Source: Podarcis vaucheri
Lineage: Eukaryota
Assembly (NCBI GenBank): GCA_965113315.1
Contig: OZ220364.1
Reading direction: 5' to 3' (one strand)
DNA length: 64,000 nucleotides
Shown piece by piece: positions 12,190-25,282 of this stretch (positions are counted from its first letter, which is position 1; every line of letters starts with the position of its first letter). Position numbers and translations under genes: made by a program. The notes beneath the pieces are model-generated. The model saw nothing but the letters and a program-made list of their open reading frames with translations, had not been told where the DNA came from and did no database searches.

Positions 12190-12787
12190 TGCTGTCTCTC
12201 TCTGCCATGGATCCAAAATCCATGCAGACTAGCTAAGCTCCAGTTCAATGAAAGGAAACTTGCAGGATTTTTATTTTTATTAAAAACAAAACAAAACATT
12301 TCCAGGCATTTGGCACAATAGACTCAGCTCTTCCAATGAAGATGTCTACTATTTTATTTATTTGGTGGGTTTTTAAAAAAAAAATTAAAGATTTATACTC
12401 CGCTTTTTGTGGAACTTCCTCCACAAGTGACTTACAATCTCCAAGAAAACCAACTTAAATACAATAGAAAATAGAAGAAAGCATAAGGCACTCAAGCCAT
12501 AAGGCAGCATACAAAACAAATGCAGGAAACCTTGCATCTAAGACCCTTCATTAAAATCAAAGTGAAGAGGTAGATTTTAAAGGATCCAGTTTTCTCATTG
12601 TGTGGTGCTACAGAGTAGAGAATCCTATGCATGTTTTGAAAAATAATACTTTGTGCGGGCACCTATGGTCCTTTTATCAAGATAGGAGTATCAGAACCTC
12701 ATTTTTGACCAAATATTATTAATTATAATTGTATTGCATTGTACTGTGGCCCTCCCTTCACTGTAAGATCCCGAGGTGTGTTACAGC

Positions 12788-12830
<43 letters not shown>

Positions 12831-12846
12831 ATCTATCTATCTATCT
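12788..12846. repeat. (TATC)n microsatellite
   Basis: Direct reading. Confidence 0.95.
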
Positions 12847-14801
12847 GCTTGTTAAATTTGTATCCCACTTTTCCAATAGCATGCTCAAAGGCAGATCACA
12901 AAATAAAAGTGACTAAAGTGACTAAATTGCTATACAAAGCAGAAAATTGAGGGTTGGCACTTCGTGACGTCAAGTGCTTACAGCCAGACATGGCAAAACA
13001 GAGTAGTCCTTGGGCCCTCCCTCTGTGTGAAGTAAAGTGTAGAAGACTGCCTCTACCTTTGGATCATTGCCCAGGCTGCTTTCCTGGATGCCCTTATTTT
13101 AATGTGTCTGCCCATATAGAGTAAGGCGAAACCAGCCACCCTCATCTGAATGCTAATAACCTTGTCCCAGAAATCCTGATTAGGAAGCATCATGCCTAGC
13201 AGAGCCTGTGGGAGCTTCACCCAGAGACTGCAGAGGTGTGCACACCTGTAAAACATGAGAAGTGCATATGCAATTCCCATGCTGCATACTGCATTTGTTT
13301 TGCTCTGTTTTTTTAAAAAAAACATACACTATATGAGAGAGCAGAGGTTCCCAAACCGTGGTCTGTGAGCTTCATTCAGGTAGTCCATAGTATGTCTGTA
13401 AAAATACAATTGAAAATATAATTGAAAATCATACAGTGCTTGCAATAAGCTTCCTGAACTGGGGTGGGTGGGAAATAGAAAGGCAATCCATTTCCCCCCT
13501 TTCTGACTCCTTCTCTTTAGTAACTACATGCTGGCAAAGTAGATCCCTTCCTTTCAGGCTTTACTTCCTCCCTGCTTCTCCCAATTCAAGCTTGTTTTGA
13601 GTATGAGCTAGCGGGTGGTAGTGTTCACTTCCTGGCTCCATCTTGTCCGCATGCAAAACCTATACAGTACTTAGAATGGCTTTGTTTGCCACGGTTAATA
13701 ATCAGCAGCCTTAATGGGCTATTCCTTTCTGCACATCGCTGCAATATATTTGCCAGACTCCAAGGATTTGTGCAGTGGCACCCTGCTGTACAAGCAAGAG
13801 TCCTTATGCTGGCTTCTGCTAGCACACCAAAGTATTTTATTCTGATCCTTAATGCCTAGAGAGCAGAGGGGTCTGAAATGACGGATTTATGCACATGAAT
13901 GGCATTTCTGAAAACATCTCTCACAATCGCAGATAAGGGCAGGGACCAGAACATAAAGAGAGTCCTGGTAAATAGGGACACTTGCAAGATACAATTTCAC
14001 ACATTTGAATGATTATATCATTTCCTTTCTACCCAATGTTACTTACTCACCTGGGGGTCTCTTTAAGCTTTCTGCTACATTTTCCTTTTCCTTTCTGCTC
14101 AAACACTTTTATTCTGCAAATAACAATTGGCTCTTCTTCCCATGCCCACAAACCTCCAAAGTACTCTTTCGTCCTGTTAGCAGAATAATAAACACACCAA
14201 GTTCCAAGGCTGCGTGGAGAAAGTGTTCTGAGGGTTGTGTGCGTACAGTGACAATCCCATCCCCCTGGGGCTTTGTGGCATGACTGAAGCATAATTGCAA
14301 TGCTTGCACTTTTGCAGTGGAATGAAACCTGACTCTGGGCTCATCTACACTTACCTTTGCTCTGCATTTTTGGACACAGGTCCCGGCTTTCCAAGTCCAT
14401 GTCCAAGCGCTCCCCGCCCTGCAGCACTTTCCCCACAAAAACCTGAAAGCAATTAATCAGAAAACCCAGACTGCTGAATTATGGCTGGGTCAGGGAGAAG
14501 CAATGACCCTGAAGTGGTAGGAGGAGGATGAAACAACTGGAGATGGAGCAGTTGTCTTGGCACTTTTGAATTAAAATGAGCTATGTTTGGTGTCTGTTGC
14601 TTTCCTCATTAATGATAAGTTTTTTAAACACCTGGCCCTGCCTCTTGTGTTACTTGGGAGATCAGTTAATACTTGGGGGTCAAGGGAAAGATCCCCAAAG
14701 AGCATTATGGGGATCCAAGGGTTGCATGCTGCATCCATTGCCCCTTTTGTCACAGAGTGTTATCTTTGCCAATGAAGCATGTGAATAATGTAAAATCATC
14801 C

Positions 14802-15110
14802 TAATAATAATAATAATATATTATTTATACCCCGCCCATCTGGCTGGGTTTTCCCAGCCACTCTGGGTGGCTCCAGAAGAAGAAGAAGAAGAAGAAGAAG
14901 AAGAAGAAGAAGAAGAAGAAGAAGAAGAAGAAGAAGAAGACGACGACAAAACATCAAACATTAGAAACTTTCCTAAACAGGGCTGCCTTCAGATGTCTTC
15001 TAAAAGTCTGGTAGTTGTTTTTCTCTTTCACATCTGGTGGGAGGGTGTTCCACAGGGTGGGCACTACTACCGAGAAGCCCCTCTGCCTGGTTCCCTGTAA
15101 CCTTACTTCT
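14802..15110 (-). mobile_element. LINE (L2-like) 3' end fragment with an internal (GAA)n expansion
   Basis: (TAA)n-tttataccccgcccatc terminus and gggagggtgttccacag motif recalled from squamate L2 3' ends; family assignment not searched. Confidence 0.6.
14875..14948. repeat. (GAA)n then (GAC)n microsatellite
   Basis: Direct reading. Confidence 0.95.
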
Positions 15111-15389
15111 TGTGGACCTCTTCAAAGCAGTGTCAGAGCTTCTGCACGGGGCACTTAATCTTGATCTCTATTAGAAATCAAAGACTACAGCTGTTCCATA
15201 AGCTGGCATCTTTCAGAAGACACCTCTGTCTTCTATAGCTGTAAACAAGGCCTACGATAGGTGTGAGGATCACCAGACTCCAGCCGATTCATAGAGAGGA
15301 CATGGGTGCAATTTAGGAGCAGAAAGCCTCCCAAAAATGTACACACAATTCCACACAGAGTTGCAAGCAAGCAGGACGTGTTGGACTTC

Positions 15390-18300
15390 ATAGTATATTT
15401 GTTATGATTTATTTATTTATAGGCAGATCACTTCACTATTTACAGTACATGAATGTAGAGATTCTACAGTCTTTGTGATGTAAACAAGTAACTCCACGGC
15501 AGGGGAGTTTCAAAAAGAAGCCAGTTCTGAAGTATTTACACAATTTAAAATAGAACTTTTATATACCTACCAGATAGATATAGAGAATACATTGAGCAAT
15601 TTGGTTAAATCATCTACGAAACTATAGAATCTGACAATGTAAAAATACAAGAAAACGTTCTCTCATTTAGAAGGTAGACATTGAAATCACACTAGAAAGA
15701 AATATTTCTTTTAAAAAATGACAATAACAAAGGAAAGGCATAAGAATCTATGCCAATTAAGGTTAAAGTATATTACATAAATAAGGACACAACAGAACAC
15801 AACTGGGGGGAAATTAAGTGAAATATAAAAATCTTCTACTATTTTTTTTAAAACAGTGAACTAAAAACTTGATTTTATTGATTACAAAAGGGGTCAATCC
15901 TGCTGCTTTTACTTACCAAGAAATAAATTATCACTTAGTTAATACATGTAAAAGAGAAGCAGAATTGGCCCCTTCTAATTATTAGCAGTGTCCTCTTCAA
16001 AAAACAAAAAAAGTAAAATCTAGTTTTTATTATAAATAACATAGCAAATGTGCCCCTCTTTTAGGTGAAATTCTTACACCTTTCTTAAGAAATGCATCAA
16101 TTTAGTCTCCTTCACTCTCTCTGGCTCACATACACTCATAAACACACGCTGCAAACAGTGGTATTAATTCACTCTTTTTCACTTTTCCAATGAATAATGC
16201 CACCTAAAGCACCAGTGGCTGCATTAAAACCAGACTCTCCAGGGGTTTGCCTTGCTATCCACACCAAACATAGTTTCCTCCATGAGGAAATGGGAAACGT
16301 TTTGACTTTTTTGGGGGGGCAGGGACCAAAACCTTCAGTGTAAATTGACCCTTCAAAAATGTAATAGGCTAATCTAGTAGTACAGATGCATTTTTTATGC
16401 ATGTGAAGCTCTGTGAAAACTGGCCTACCCATTCTCTTCAATGTTGTGTAAAGCTTTGAAAGACAGAATTCTGCCATAATGAAGAATATGGAGCAACCTG
16501 ATTTCTTTCTCTTTTTTTTGAGCTCCGTTTGCTCATTGGATCACAGCCTAGGTAATGGATTGGGGAAACCTGTGACCTTTTGAATGTTGTTGGGCTCCAG
16601 CTCCCATCAGCCCCAGCCAGCATGAACCATGGTCATGGATTATGGGAGCTGTACCCCAATAACATCTAACAACACAGGCTCCCCCATCAATGACATGTGC
16701 TATGCATTCCAAGGACAGAGAACCTAAGCGAGGCTGATGCATTTGCTTTAGTCTGCCTCACTGTCACAAAGTTTAGGGTGACAGCACGATACCGTGATAA
16801 ATTCACCCAAGCCAGATTGGATAGCTTGCTCCTTAACACTAGGGCATAGCCGAGTTTTCACTGAGATTCTGCACATAACCTTTTCCCACGACATGCTCAT
16901 TTTTCATGTGCAGGGAGCATACGGAGATGCGTTCAATCATGTGAGCCCCCCACCTGCAGTCAGGTGGCAAGCTCACTTGCAGACTGTTAGTGACAACCTC
17001 AGTCATAGAGATCCCATCCCTAAGCTGCATGACATGCAGCAATGCTTGTGTACTTGTTTTTGTAGCATCTATCCTACAACACATTAATTTGTTAGAGCAT
17101 CATAGGTGCTCACCTCTAGTGCATTTCTGTTGTCCACTATTAACGGTAGACTTCCAGCTATAAAATGCAAAATGCATAAGCCCCCAGGTTACTTTGGGGG
17201 AGGGGGCACACTGCCCCCTTAAGTGCAAGGAGGTACCTGCAATCACACGTACATGAAAATGTTATGGTTGGGCCAAAAGTCACGTTAAAATGATGCATGG
17301 GCATCAGTGATGTGGGGGAAATGATGCCAGGGGAAATTGTCGAAAAGCACACAAATGAGAATGAGGCCTAAACAAACAATTATTTGCAGAACCTTGATGG
17401 GAAAGCAGAAGGCTTTGAATGCTCATATTGCTAAAGTGTGTCACAAATAGACTACCCTGCTGTAAGAACAAATGGAGGAAATGCTCAGCTACAGATTAAG
17501 GACTTGCTATTTTCATCTGGCAAATGAAAATGTGTCCTTGCTCTCTGATTCCTCTAAGGCTTTTTGACATGGGCTACTGAGAAAATTGGATGCTAATCAT
17601 GGAAACACATGACCAAGCTGACATGAAAGTTTCATGGAGGTAGCAAAGCTCAAGACAGTCACTCTAAGAGGGAAAGTGGGATGAACATTTCCATCGACTG
17701 ACAATGAAAGTGACGTTTGGGAACCCAGTTCTTTTGCATGCATCTTCTTTTTCTGATGCCTGCATTCGCTCCTTTGTCTGGGAGCTGAATTTAGCAGGAA
17801 CCATTTGCGTTTCACATAAAAGCATGGTTATTTAAAGGACCAAGGGCAAGGAAATGGCTTATGACTTATTCCTATCGTTAAGGTATTTTTCCTAATTAAG
17901 AAGCAGTTAGGAGGGACTTCTTTTTCACTCACACATACCCACACGCACACCCCTACATATAATATAGAGAAAGTTCTGTTTATTTAAAAAAATAAATGTC
18001 TCCCTCATGATTGCCTTTCTCAACACACCCTCTTATTCCGAAACACCCTGGAAAATTGAATTCTTTTAATTTGTTTATTTGGTTTCTCACCTGATCTTGC
18101 AAAGGCTTGGTTTGTTTCTGCTGCTAATTGTTGTTATGGCTAGGCCTACCCCTTGAGTACGGGGTCCTTGGCTTTATGCATATTATTAAGAGAAAGAATA
18201 CGGGAGAAAGTTAGGCAGACTTTGCAGAAGTATATGGAAAGCACAAGAGCGCAAGCTCTTTCTAAACAGGGCAGAGGAAGTAACCGTAAAGGTAATTAAG

Positions 18301-21300
18301 GCCCTTCTTTAGCTAATGGGGGCAGGGGACCCTCGGCTACTCTTCTTAGCCTCAACGTGCGGCCACCTTGGGAAGTCAAAATGAGCTGAACTGCACCAAG
18401 GTTTAAATCTGCCCAAACATGTTGGCGGCAGTGATGGCTATAGCAATGTGTAAAGCTCATTTTAATTCCCCCAACCTAAATAAGGAATAAACTTCCTTTC
18501 CCCCTTCTCATCTCCAACCTGTGCTTTGAACGCAGCAAGCTAGGGGCTTCAGGCTCAGCAAGTGAGCCCTGTGAGGGACTGCACTGTGGTTTTTGGACAC
18601 TAAGAGAACTAGCTCCTCACACACTAGTGGTGGTGACACTCAACTGCTGATGGCTTTGCTGGTTCCCTTGTACACCACACTGACCCATTACTGCCTCAAC
18701 CCTCCTGAAAGCAGCAAGCCACTCAGCTGGCGGGATGTCAGGGGAGCACTGCTACCCTACCACTGTCCTCGCAGTATGAGCAAAACGCCTATTGTATTAT
18801 AGGCCAGGACTGTGGAACCCACCATGCCCATCACAGTATGCCAACCATCTATGGAGGCCTGCAGGACACTTTGACCCCTGACCAGGCCTCTGGCAGGCTG
18901 GTAGTTTGGCAAGCCACAAGTTCTGTAGGTCTGTTAAAAAGGTATCCACTCAGTTGCTCTGATTGATGGGGATGAACTAGGACATCCACTATATCAAAGT
19001 GGTCCTTCCGATTCCTGTGCCATTCTGAACTGAGTTTTGGGGTTTGTTTTTTTCACCACCAGAAGCTCAGACTACTTCTTGCCGTGCATGTGGAGCACAG
19101 CAGCTTGCTGCTCTACGAAACAGAGGACTCTCCTGGAATATACCCTGAATACAGGCTTGCTGCCTAAAATTCTCCCATCGCATATAGAGCAACTTTCCAA
19201 GCTTCTGATAGCCAAGGGTTTTTGCACTTTTTGTATCCCTGTGGCTGATACAAACTTAGTTGTGCTTCCAATAGCCATTAAAATAAGCCACAGGTTACTA
19301 GTGTGCCACAACCAGCGTTAGATGTCCGTGCTTTTCAAACCATACCACTCAGGCTCTACATTCAACAGTGGTGGATTTACAGCTGCTGCTGCTGTACCCA
19401 GCAGCAGTCAGAGGGGCTCAATGCCCCGCCACTACCTTTTCCCTATACATGTGTGCGTTTGTGCACATGTGTGCATATTGCATAAAGTCCTAGTGAAATT
19501 TCTCACAAAAAATTAAAATAAATATTTTTATAGGCTTCAGGCAACACAAAGACCACTTATTGCACCTCTCCCTATATCTAGGATTGAGAGGCCATGTGCG
19601 TTACAGGACCTTCTTCCCTCCTCAAAAGAGCATGCATGTGCATGCTCTAACATCATTGGTAAGTCCAGCCTCTTAAAAGAAACTTGAGATAATAATAATA
19701 ATAAAAAAAAACTGATTAAATACAAACCCATGTTTGCAAGCGATCTGCACTGAAGGCAGCTCTTTCTGGAGAGCAGAAGGACTCTTCCTTCTCCTCTGCA
19801 GCTGCATTCAACACTTTCAGCATGCTCAGAAATTTGATGCATTTTCCATCTCTCTGACCAAAGCCAGCAGTGAACTTTGATCTACCCTTGTAACCAAGCC
19901 AGGAGATGGAAGAATTCCACTTAACGGTTGTAGGGGTGGTTACTTATTTTTCTTCTTCTTCTGTTCGATTGTTCTCTGAAAACATCAGCACAGCACAGGA
20001 CAGGACAGGACAGTCCTACCCACCCTAAATGTGTCGCTATGTACATTCTACAGTAAGCTCTATAGCAATCACATGTAAACATCATTGTGGTGAGGAAATA
20101 CTAGGACAGAAAAAGGCAGAGCTACAATGAGGCACTTGTCAACAGCAGATGCTTTGTCTGGGCCAGATTTTGCTCTGGGCTGATCATGAGAGGATCTTGC
20201 AATCCATCAGTAAGTTCTCGAATGGAGGTGGTGCAAGCAACATTGAAGCAGCCAATATCGTGAGGTTTATTATTATTATTTTTGGCCAACAACACGTGAA
20301 ATTGTGACATCAATTACTATATAAAATAAGCACTGTTGTTATTAAAGCTCCACATTAAAAGACAGAAACGATCACATAATTAGAATGGGATAACACATGA
20401 GCTGACGCCTTGACCTCATTCATGGTGTTTCTGATGCGTGTGGTCCTTACTGGGTCAATGGAATTACTCAAGGCAGGCAACCATGAGTTAGACCTAAGCC
20501 AGGCAATTGCCAAGGTCTTTGGCAATTTGTACCTTTTGATTCAGATTAAATACCTGCTGGCCGAATTAAGGTTGTTGCATTCTGTATACATGGGGTGGCT
20601 AAATGCCAGAGATCCTTTGTGAAAAATAAACCAAAGACATGGTGGCTGATGAAGGTATTAGCAAGGTTATTTGGTCCCCACTCGAAAATGCTATCTCTTG
20701 ATGCACCTGCTGGTTTCTTGGTCTGCCTCTCATGTCCCTGGACATTGCTTCCAAGTATAGCACGAGAACAGCAATACTGCATGAGGCATTAGCACAGTAT
20801 ATTGTGGCAAGTCCGAGCTATGTTGGAGTGAAACAATTGCGGAAGTTAGATAGCGACTCCTTCCCACTACTTGGTCTTCTGAGCTAGAGGCTTCTACACT
20901 GCCTCTGTCCCAGCACCCCGGTTCGTATCAAAGGGCCCCTAAACTAGTTGCTTAAATCACTCTAAGACTTCCTTTGTAATGACTCCTCAAACGTCTGAAT
21001 ATGAGAGAAGCCAGGGAAGAAATAAAGGAGGGCACAAGATCGCCGCCAAGAGGAAGTCAAAAGGAACATCAAATAGGCAGTGACATCCATGCCTTTCTTG
21101 ACAGGGAGCGGGAGAAAGAGAGAGAGGGGAAGTCGCTTCACAAGGCTTCATAGCAATGACACTATGTTTTATGGCTTATTCCACTCATAAGGAGAGTAGT
21201 GTTCAAAATGGAGCAGGGACTGCTGATGAGCCATGTGCTATGTGCCAGCTGTAAGCACTGTGAACTCACTCAGCCCAAGGTGTGAGAATTCCTTTGAACT

Positions 21301-22715
21301 TTTTTTCTGTTGGGTGTTGCCCACCAGGCAGGAGATTTTGCTTTGGTTAGATGACCAGATGGGTAAAAAACTATTCCTGAGGCTACTGGTGATGTCATGT
21401 ATGGCCTTAAATGAATTGCTCCACGTTCCTCTACCTCAAACTCCCACATGGACCTGGCGAAACTGCAGCTGCTATCATTAGATGGTAGATATAATGCAAA
21501 GAAACCTCTGGGCATAATTGTTCTGGGATTGGCTCTCAGACTTTCTCAGTCTTGCTGTAGACTTGTGCTCCTGCACTACTGGTCACGATGGCTATACAGA
21601 GCTTTCAAGTTTAAAGACAGAATGCCTCTTGAGTAACAGTTGCTGGAGAGCAAACAAAATGACTACTGCCTTCATACATTGCTGGAGAGCATCAAAAGGA
21701 GAGGACTATTACCTTGTAGGAATCTAGTCGCCCATGGCACAAAACAGAATGCTTGACTAGATAGGCATTTGTTCTGATCCAGAGGAGCTTTTCTTTGTTC
21801 TGATCCAGGGGAGCTTTTATTACATACCATTTCCCTGGCAGGTGGGGCTTCACTACCTTGTGACCACTGCCAATCCATCATAGACAGCGGGAAAACACAC
21901 ACTCTCCCCTTGTACCTTTTTCCTCCCTCCCCTTCCTCAAAAATGCACCACCTGAGAACGCCATTCCTATCCACCCAGAGCCAGCTCTGGACTGAGGAAT
22001 CACAATGTCCCTTGTGCCATCAACCAACAGGGCAGTGGTGATCCCAGAATTCAGCCCAAACGAAACGGAACAAATGGCTTATATAGCAAGAGCACAACAT
22101 CAGTCGGTCACCCCTTGGTTCGCCATGGACAGGGCTGAAGCCAATTTCAACTGAGTGGCCAATTGGAGGGCACCCTTTGGGGAGGGCCACATCTGCTGAC
22201 AGGCAAGTGCCTCATTACAGTGCATAGTTAAAAATCAAGGAAGCGGTACAATAAATCTGAATTACAGTACATCTGAGCCATAAATACATTATAAGTATAT
22301 ATTTCTTTCTTCTATTAAAAATTAGTTTACAATCCTGATTCTATTCACAATTAACAATTTCATCATCACACACTACAGACAAAAAAAAAGTTATGGTGAA
22401 CACAGCTGCAAATCCACGGCGGAAGTGGGGTAACGGTGGGGCAGAGAAAGGGGCCAGACAAGAAGGGGACAGGAGGCTTTTGCAGGCTCATCCTAACACA
22501 ACCAGTCAGAAGCAAAGATACTAATGTGTGGCAGTGGAACATCAACACCATGGGGACTCACAGACAGAAGCAGCTTGTTCAATGTAAACATCGATTTAAA
22601 GGGACAGCAGTTTCTCTCTCTCTCTCGTTGTATACTTAATCATTTCTTTGAAAACGTAAACATATTGGAAGTGCCTTGACTGAGGTATTGAGGTATTCCT
22701 CAAAGGTTAAGGCTG
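15390..22715 (-). other. PPARGC1B: Probable long 3'UTR of PPARGC1B (~7.3 kb)
   Basis: No coding signal; AU-rich distal end with overlapping AATAAA hexamers (plus tttatt at 15408-15417). Mammalian PPARGC1B is known to have a multi-kb 3'UTR. The 3' end is inferred. Confidence 0.6.
15408..15417 (-). terminator. Candidate distal polyadenylation signal (overlapping AATAAA)
   Basis: Plus-strand tttatttatt reads AATAAATAAA on minus, at the end of an AU-rich block containing two UGUAAAUA elements. Confidence 0.55.
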
Positions 22716-22819
22716 TTACCGATGTAGGCTTTCCTGGGCCTCCTGCAGCAGGCTGTCGAAATCCATGGTCTCATATTTGCTTTTTATCAGAGCTGGGGAG
22801 GACTCTTCTGTGTTGGAAT
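22716..22819 (-). CDS. PPARGC1B: PGC-1beta last coding exon ([34 protein letters not shown])
   Basis: cag| acceptor; conserved MDFDSLL..AQ.SL C-terminus; TAA at 22718-22716. Confidence 0.96.
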
Positions 22820-23623
22820 CTGGTGCCACGAGAGAAGAAGTACACATGTTGGTCAAAGGAAAAAGCAAAACCTGTTAAGCACCCCCCAAAAGAGGCAGAG
22901 AAGAGCCATACTATGCATTCTCTCTCTCTTGGTTTTTTTTTAGTATTAGCATTCCTCAGATATTTGGTGTGGAGGAATTACGTAATTACTACACAACAGG
23001 AACTAAGGAGGAAGGAGAATTCCCTTTGGCCCACATTTTTAAGTGGGTTAGTCAAATACACACCTTCTGGACTAATAATGTGGACTGTAGTTCAATTATC
23101 CTTCAGGTTACAATTCCCAGCTCAGTAAAACACCAAAATGTGTGTTGTTGTTTTTTTAAAAAATACTTTTCAAAAATACTTTTTAAAATACAAGTGAGGA
23201 ATAGGAAATTCGATTCCTGATTTATTCCTGCTGATTGTGTTTTGCAATTCATTTTTGTGCTGCTGAAACTTTTGTTTTTGTCACTGTTTATTTATTGTGT
23301 TCTTTTTAGAAAAATAGTATTTTTTTAAAAAAGTAAAACGCCATACAAGGTTCAGCTTCATAGCATATATTAAGATAAATAAGAAATACATACACAATAT
23401 ATATTTCAGTATATAATTGTGTTATTGTATTAAATACAGTCTTTCCTAATCCTAAAATAACACATTGTATAAGGACCTATGATTGCCTGATGAATGCACT
23501 CTACCATTCCATTAGTCAATGAATAAGCTCCAGTTCTGTTAGGTTTCGGCCTACATTCTTTCATTGTTATATAGCTTGTAAGCTTAGTTATTCCTGCAAA
23601 TTCAATACATTTTTGCCTCCCAT

Positions 23624-23720
23624 TCTCAGTTGGAGCAGGAGCATAATCTCAGGGTCATGGGCAAAAGATTCCTGCATTGCAGGGGGTTGGACAACATGAC
23701 CCTCATAGTCCCTTCCCTTC
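23624..23720 (+). mobile_element. Decayed copy of the tRNA-Lys/CR1-tail SINE
   Basis: taatctcagggtcatgggc followed by gattcctgcattgcagggggttggac..gtcccttcc. Confidence 0.6.
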
Positions 23721-24286
23721 TTTTCCTAGGATTTGAATGTTTTTTCCAATATTTTGAGTAACATTTTACAGTGTCTATAATAATGCAAGACATCAGTTCT
23801 CCTAGCTGGTTTTTGTGTGTTTGTCAATACAAATAAGGTAGTTCCTAAATATTGCGGTACTTTTTATTTTCCCTATTATATTCTTAATCTGGGATGTGTT
23901 TGGGGTTGGTTTGCCTTTTCATACAACCATAAAATACTTTTATTGTATTATATAGCTGCTGTATACTGCTTTGGAGGCCCTTCCAGTAAAATAAAAAGGC
24001 CTATAAATTGGAATATAAACAACTACAACAAAATAGTGACAAGCCAGAGAAAGTGAGCAAGCTGAAGCTCCATCGAATGTCTGTAATAACTCAAGGTATT
24101 CCCCTATTAGCTAAAACAAACCATCAATGATAATAAATAGAAGTGAACCTATTGGGCCGTCAATGAGCATTATGTACAAATGATAACAAACACAACGGGA
24201 GACAGCACAGCAAAGAAATCATCACCACTGAAACAAGGGATGGAGGAGGGCGTGGACCGCTTTGGAGTGACATGGGGGTGGCTTAC

Positions 24287-24441
24287 CCAAGTCGGTGTAT
24301 CTGGTCCAGAAGAAGTGCCCAAAGCCACCGTAGCTCAGCTGGAACAAGGGCTCATTTCTTTTCCTTAGCGAGGCACCATTCTTCAAGGATAAGGCGGCAT
24401 GTTCTGAACACCGATACGTGATGAAGCCATATTTATCTCCC
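24287..24441 (-). CDS. PPARGC1B: PGC-1beta exon 11 (RRM part 2: [18 protein letters not shown]...RYTDL), 155 nt
   Basis: cag| and |gtaagc; RNP1-like KYGFITY. Confidence 0.96.
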
Positions 24442-25160
24442 CTGAGAAACAAAATGAAGAACTTAAGCATAGGCAACAATTTACTGCCATTTATTTGTGT
24501 TACGTTTTTTGTAAACCTCCAAAAGGACACATCGTTTTCTCCTCAAAGAAGGTAGATAGAGCTGGAAGGTAATAGACATCCCGGTGAGCCTTTGTGGTTA
24601 GCCAGGGATTAGAAGCCAGGGGCCTACACTGGTCTCATTGAAATGAATGGACATGACTAAGTGAGGTCCAATAGTTTCAACAGATTTACTCTGAGTAAGG
24701 CTTAGCTGAATACCACCCTCTAGTTCTCCTTGCATGCCACACTTTGTAGGTCATTAGAACCCTTGAGTCCAAATATATAGGCCTCCACATTTCTCTTTAT
24801 TTAGGAGAAAGGGGGACTCGTTATTTTATAATCAAGCAGATCCCTAGAACAAAAAGGATTTCAGAGGGCAACAGTCCCATGAAATAACACTGGAGAAAGC
24901 ATTATGTCTCTTTAAACTCCTGTGAAGAAGCATCTCTTCAGATCACCATTGTACCACAGCAGCAGACACTTTCCCAAAGAACAGACATCTCCAGAGTCGC
25001 CCCCACAAAAAACACTCTCCAGCTTTCAATCCCCAAATAAGACCGAAGTCCTGCATCTCATGTCTCACAGGAGAGACAGGCTAGGTTCCCGGTGCTTAGA
25101 TCTCCAAAAGTTCCTGCTGGTTCTAGCAGCGAGGGAGGGGGAAGCATAGCTTTGACCCAC

Positions 25161-25282
25161 CTTTTATTCCTGGTCAAAACGCAACACTCAACAATCTCTC
25201 CAAACACCTCAAAGCGCTTCTTCAGTTCAGTGGAGCTCATACTGCTGGCAAGGTTTCTGATGTACACTACGCGGCCTTCTCC
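25161..25282 (-). CDS. PPARGC1B: PGC-1beta exon 10 (RRM part 1: [11 protein letters not shown]...FEVFGEI...RNKR), 122 nt
   Basis: cag| and |gtgggt; RNP2-like VYIRNL. Confidence 0.96.

Noticed and set aside
14867-15100. Poly-glutamate ORF
   Set aside because: Translation of a (GAA)n microsatellite inside a LINE fragment.
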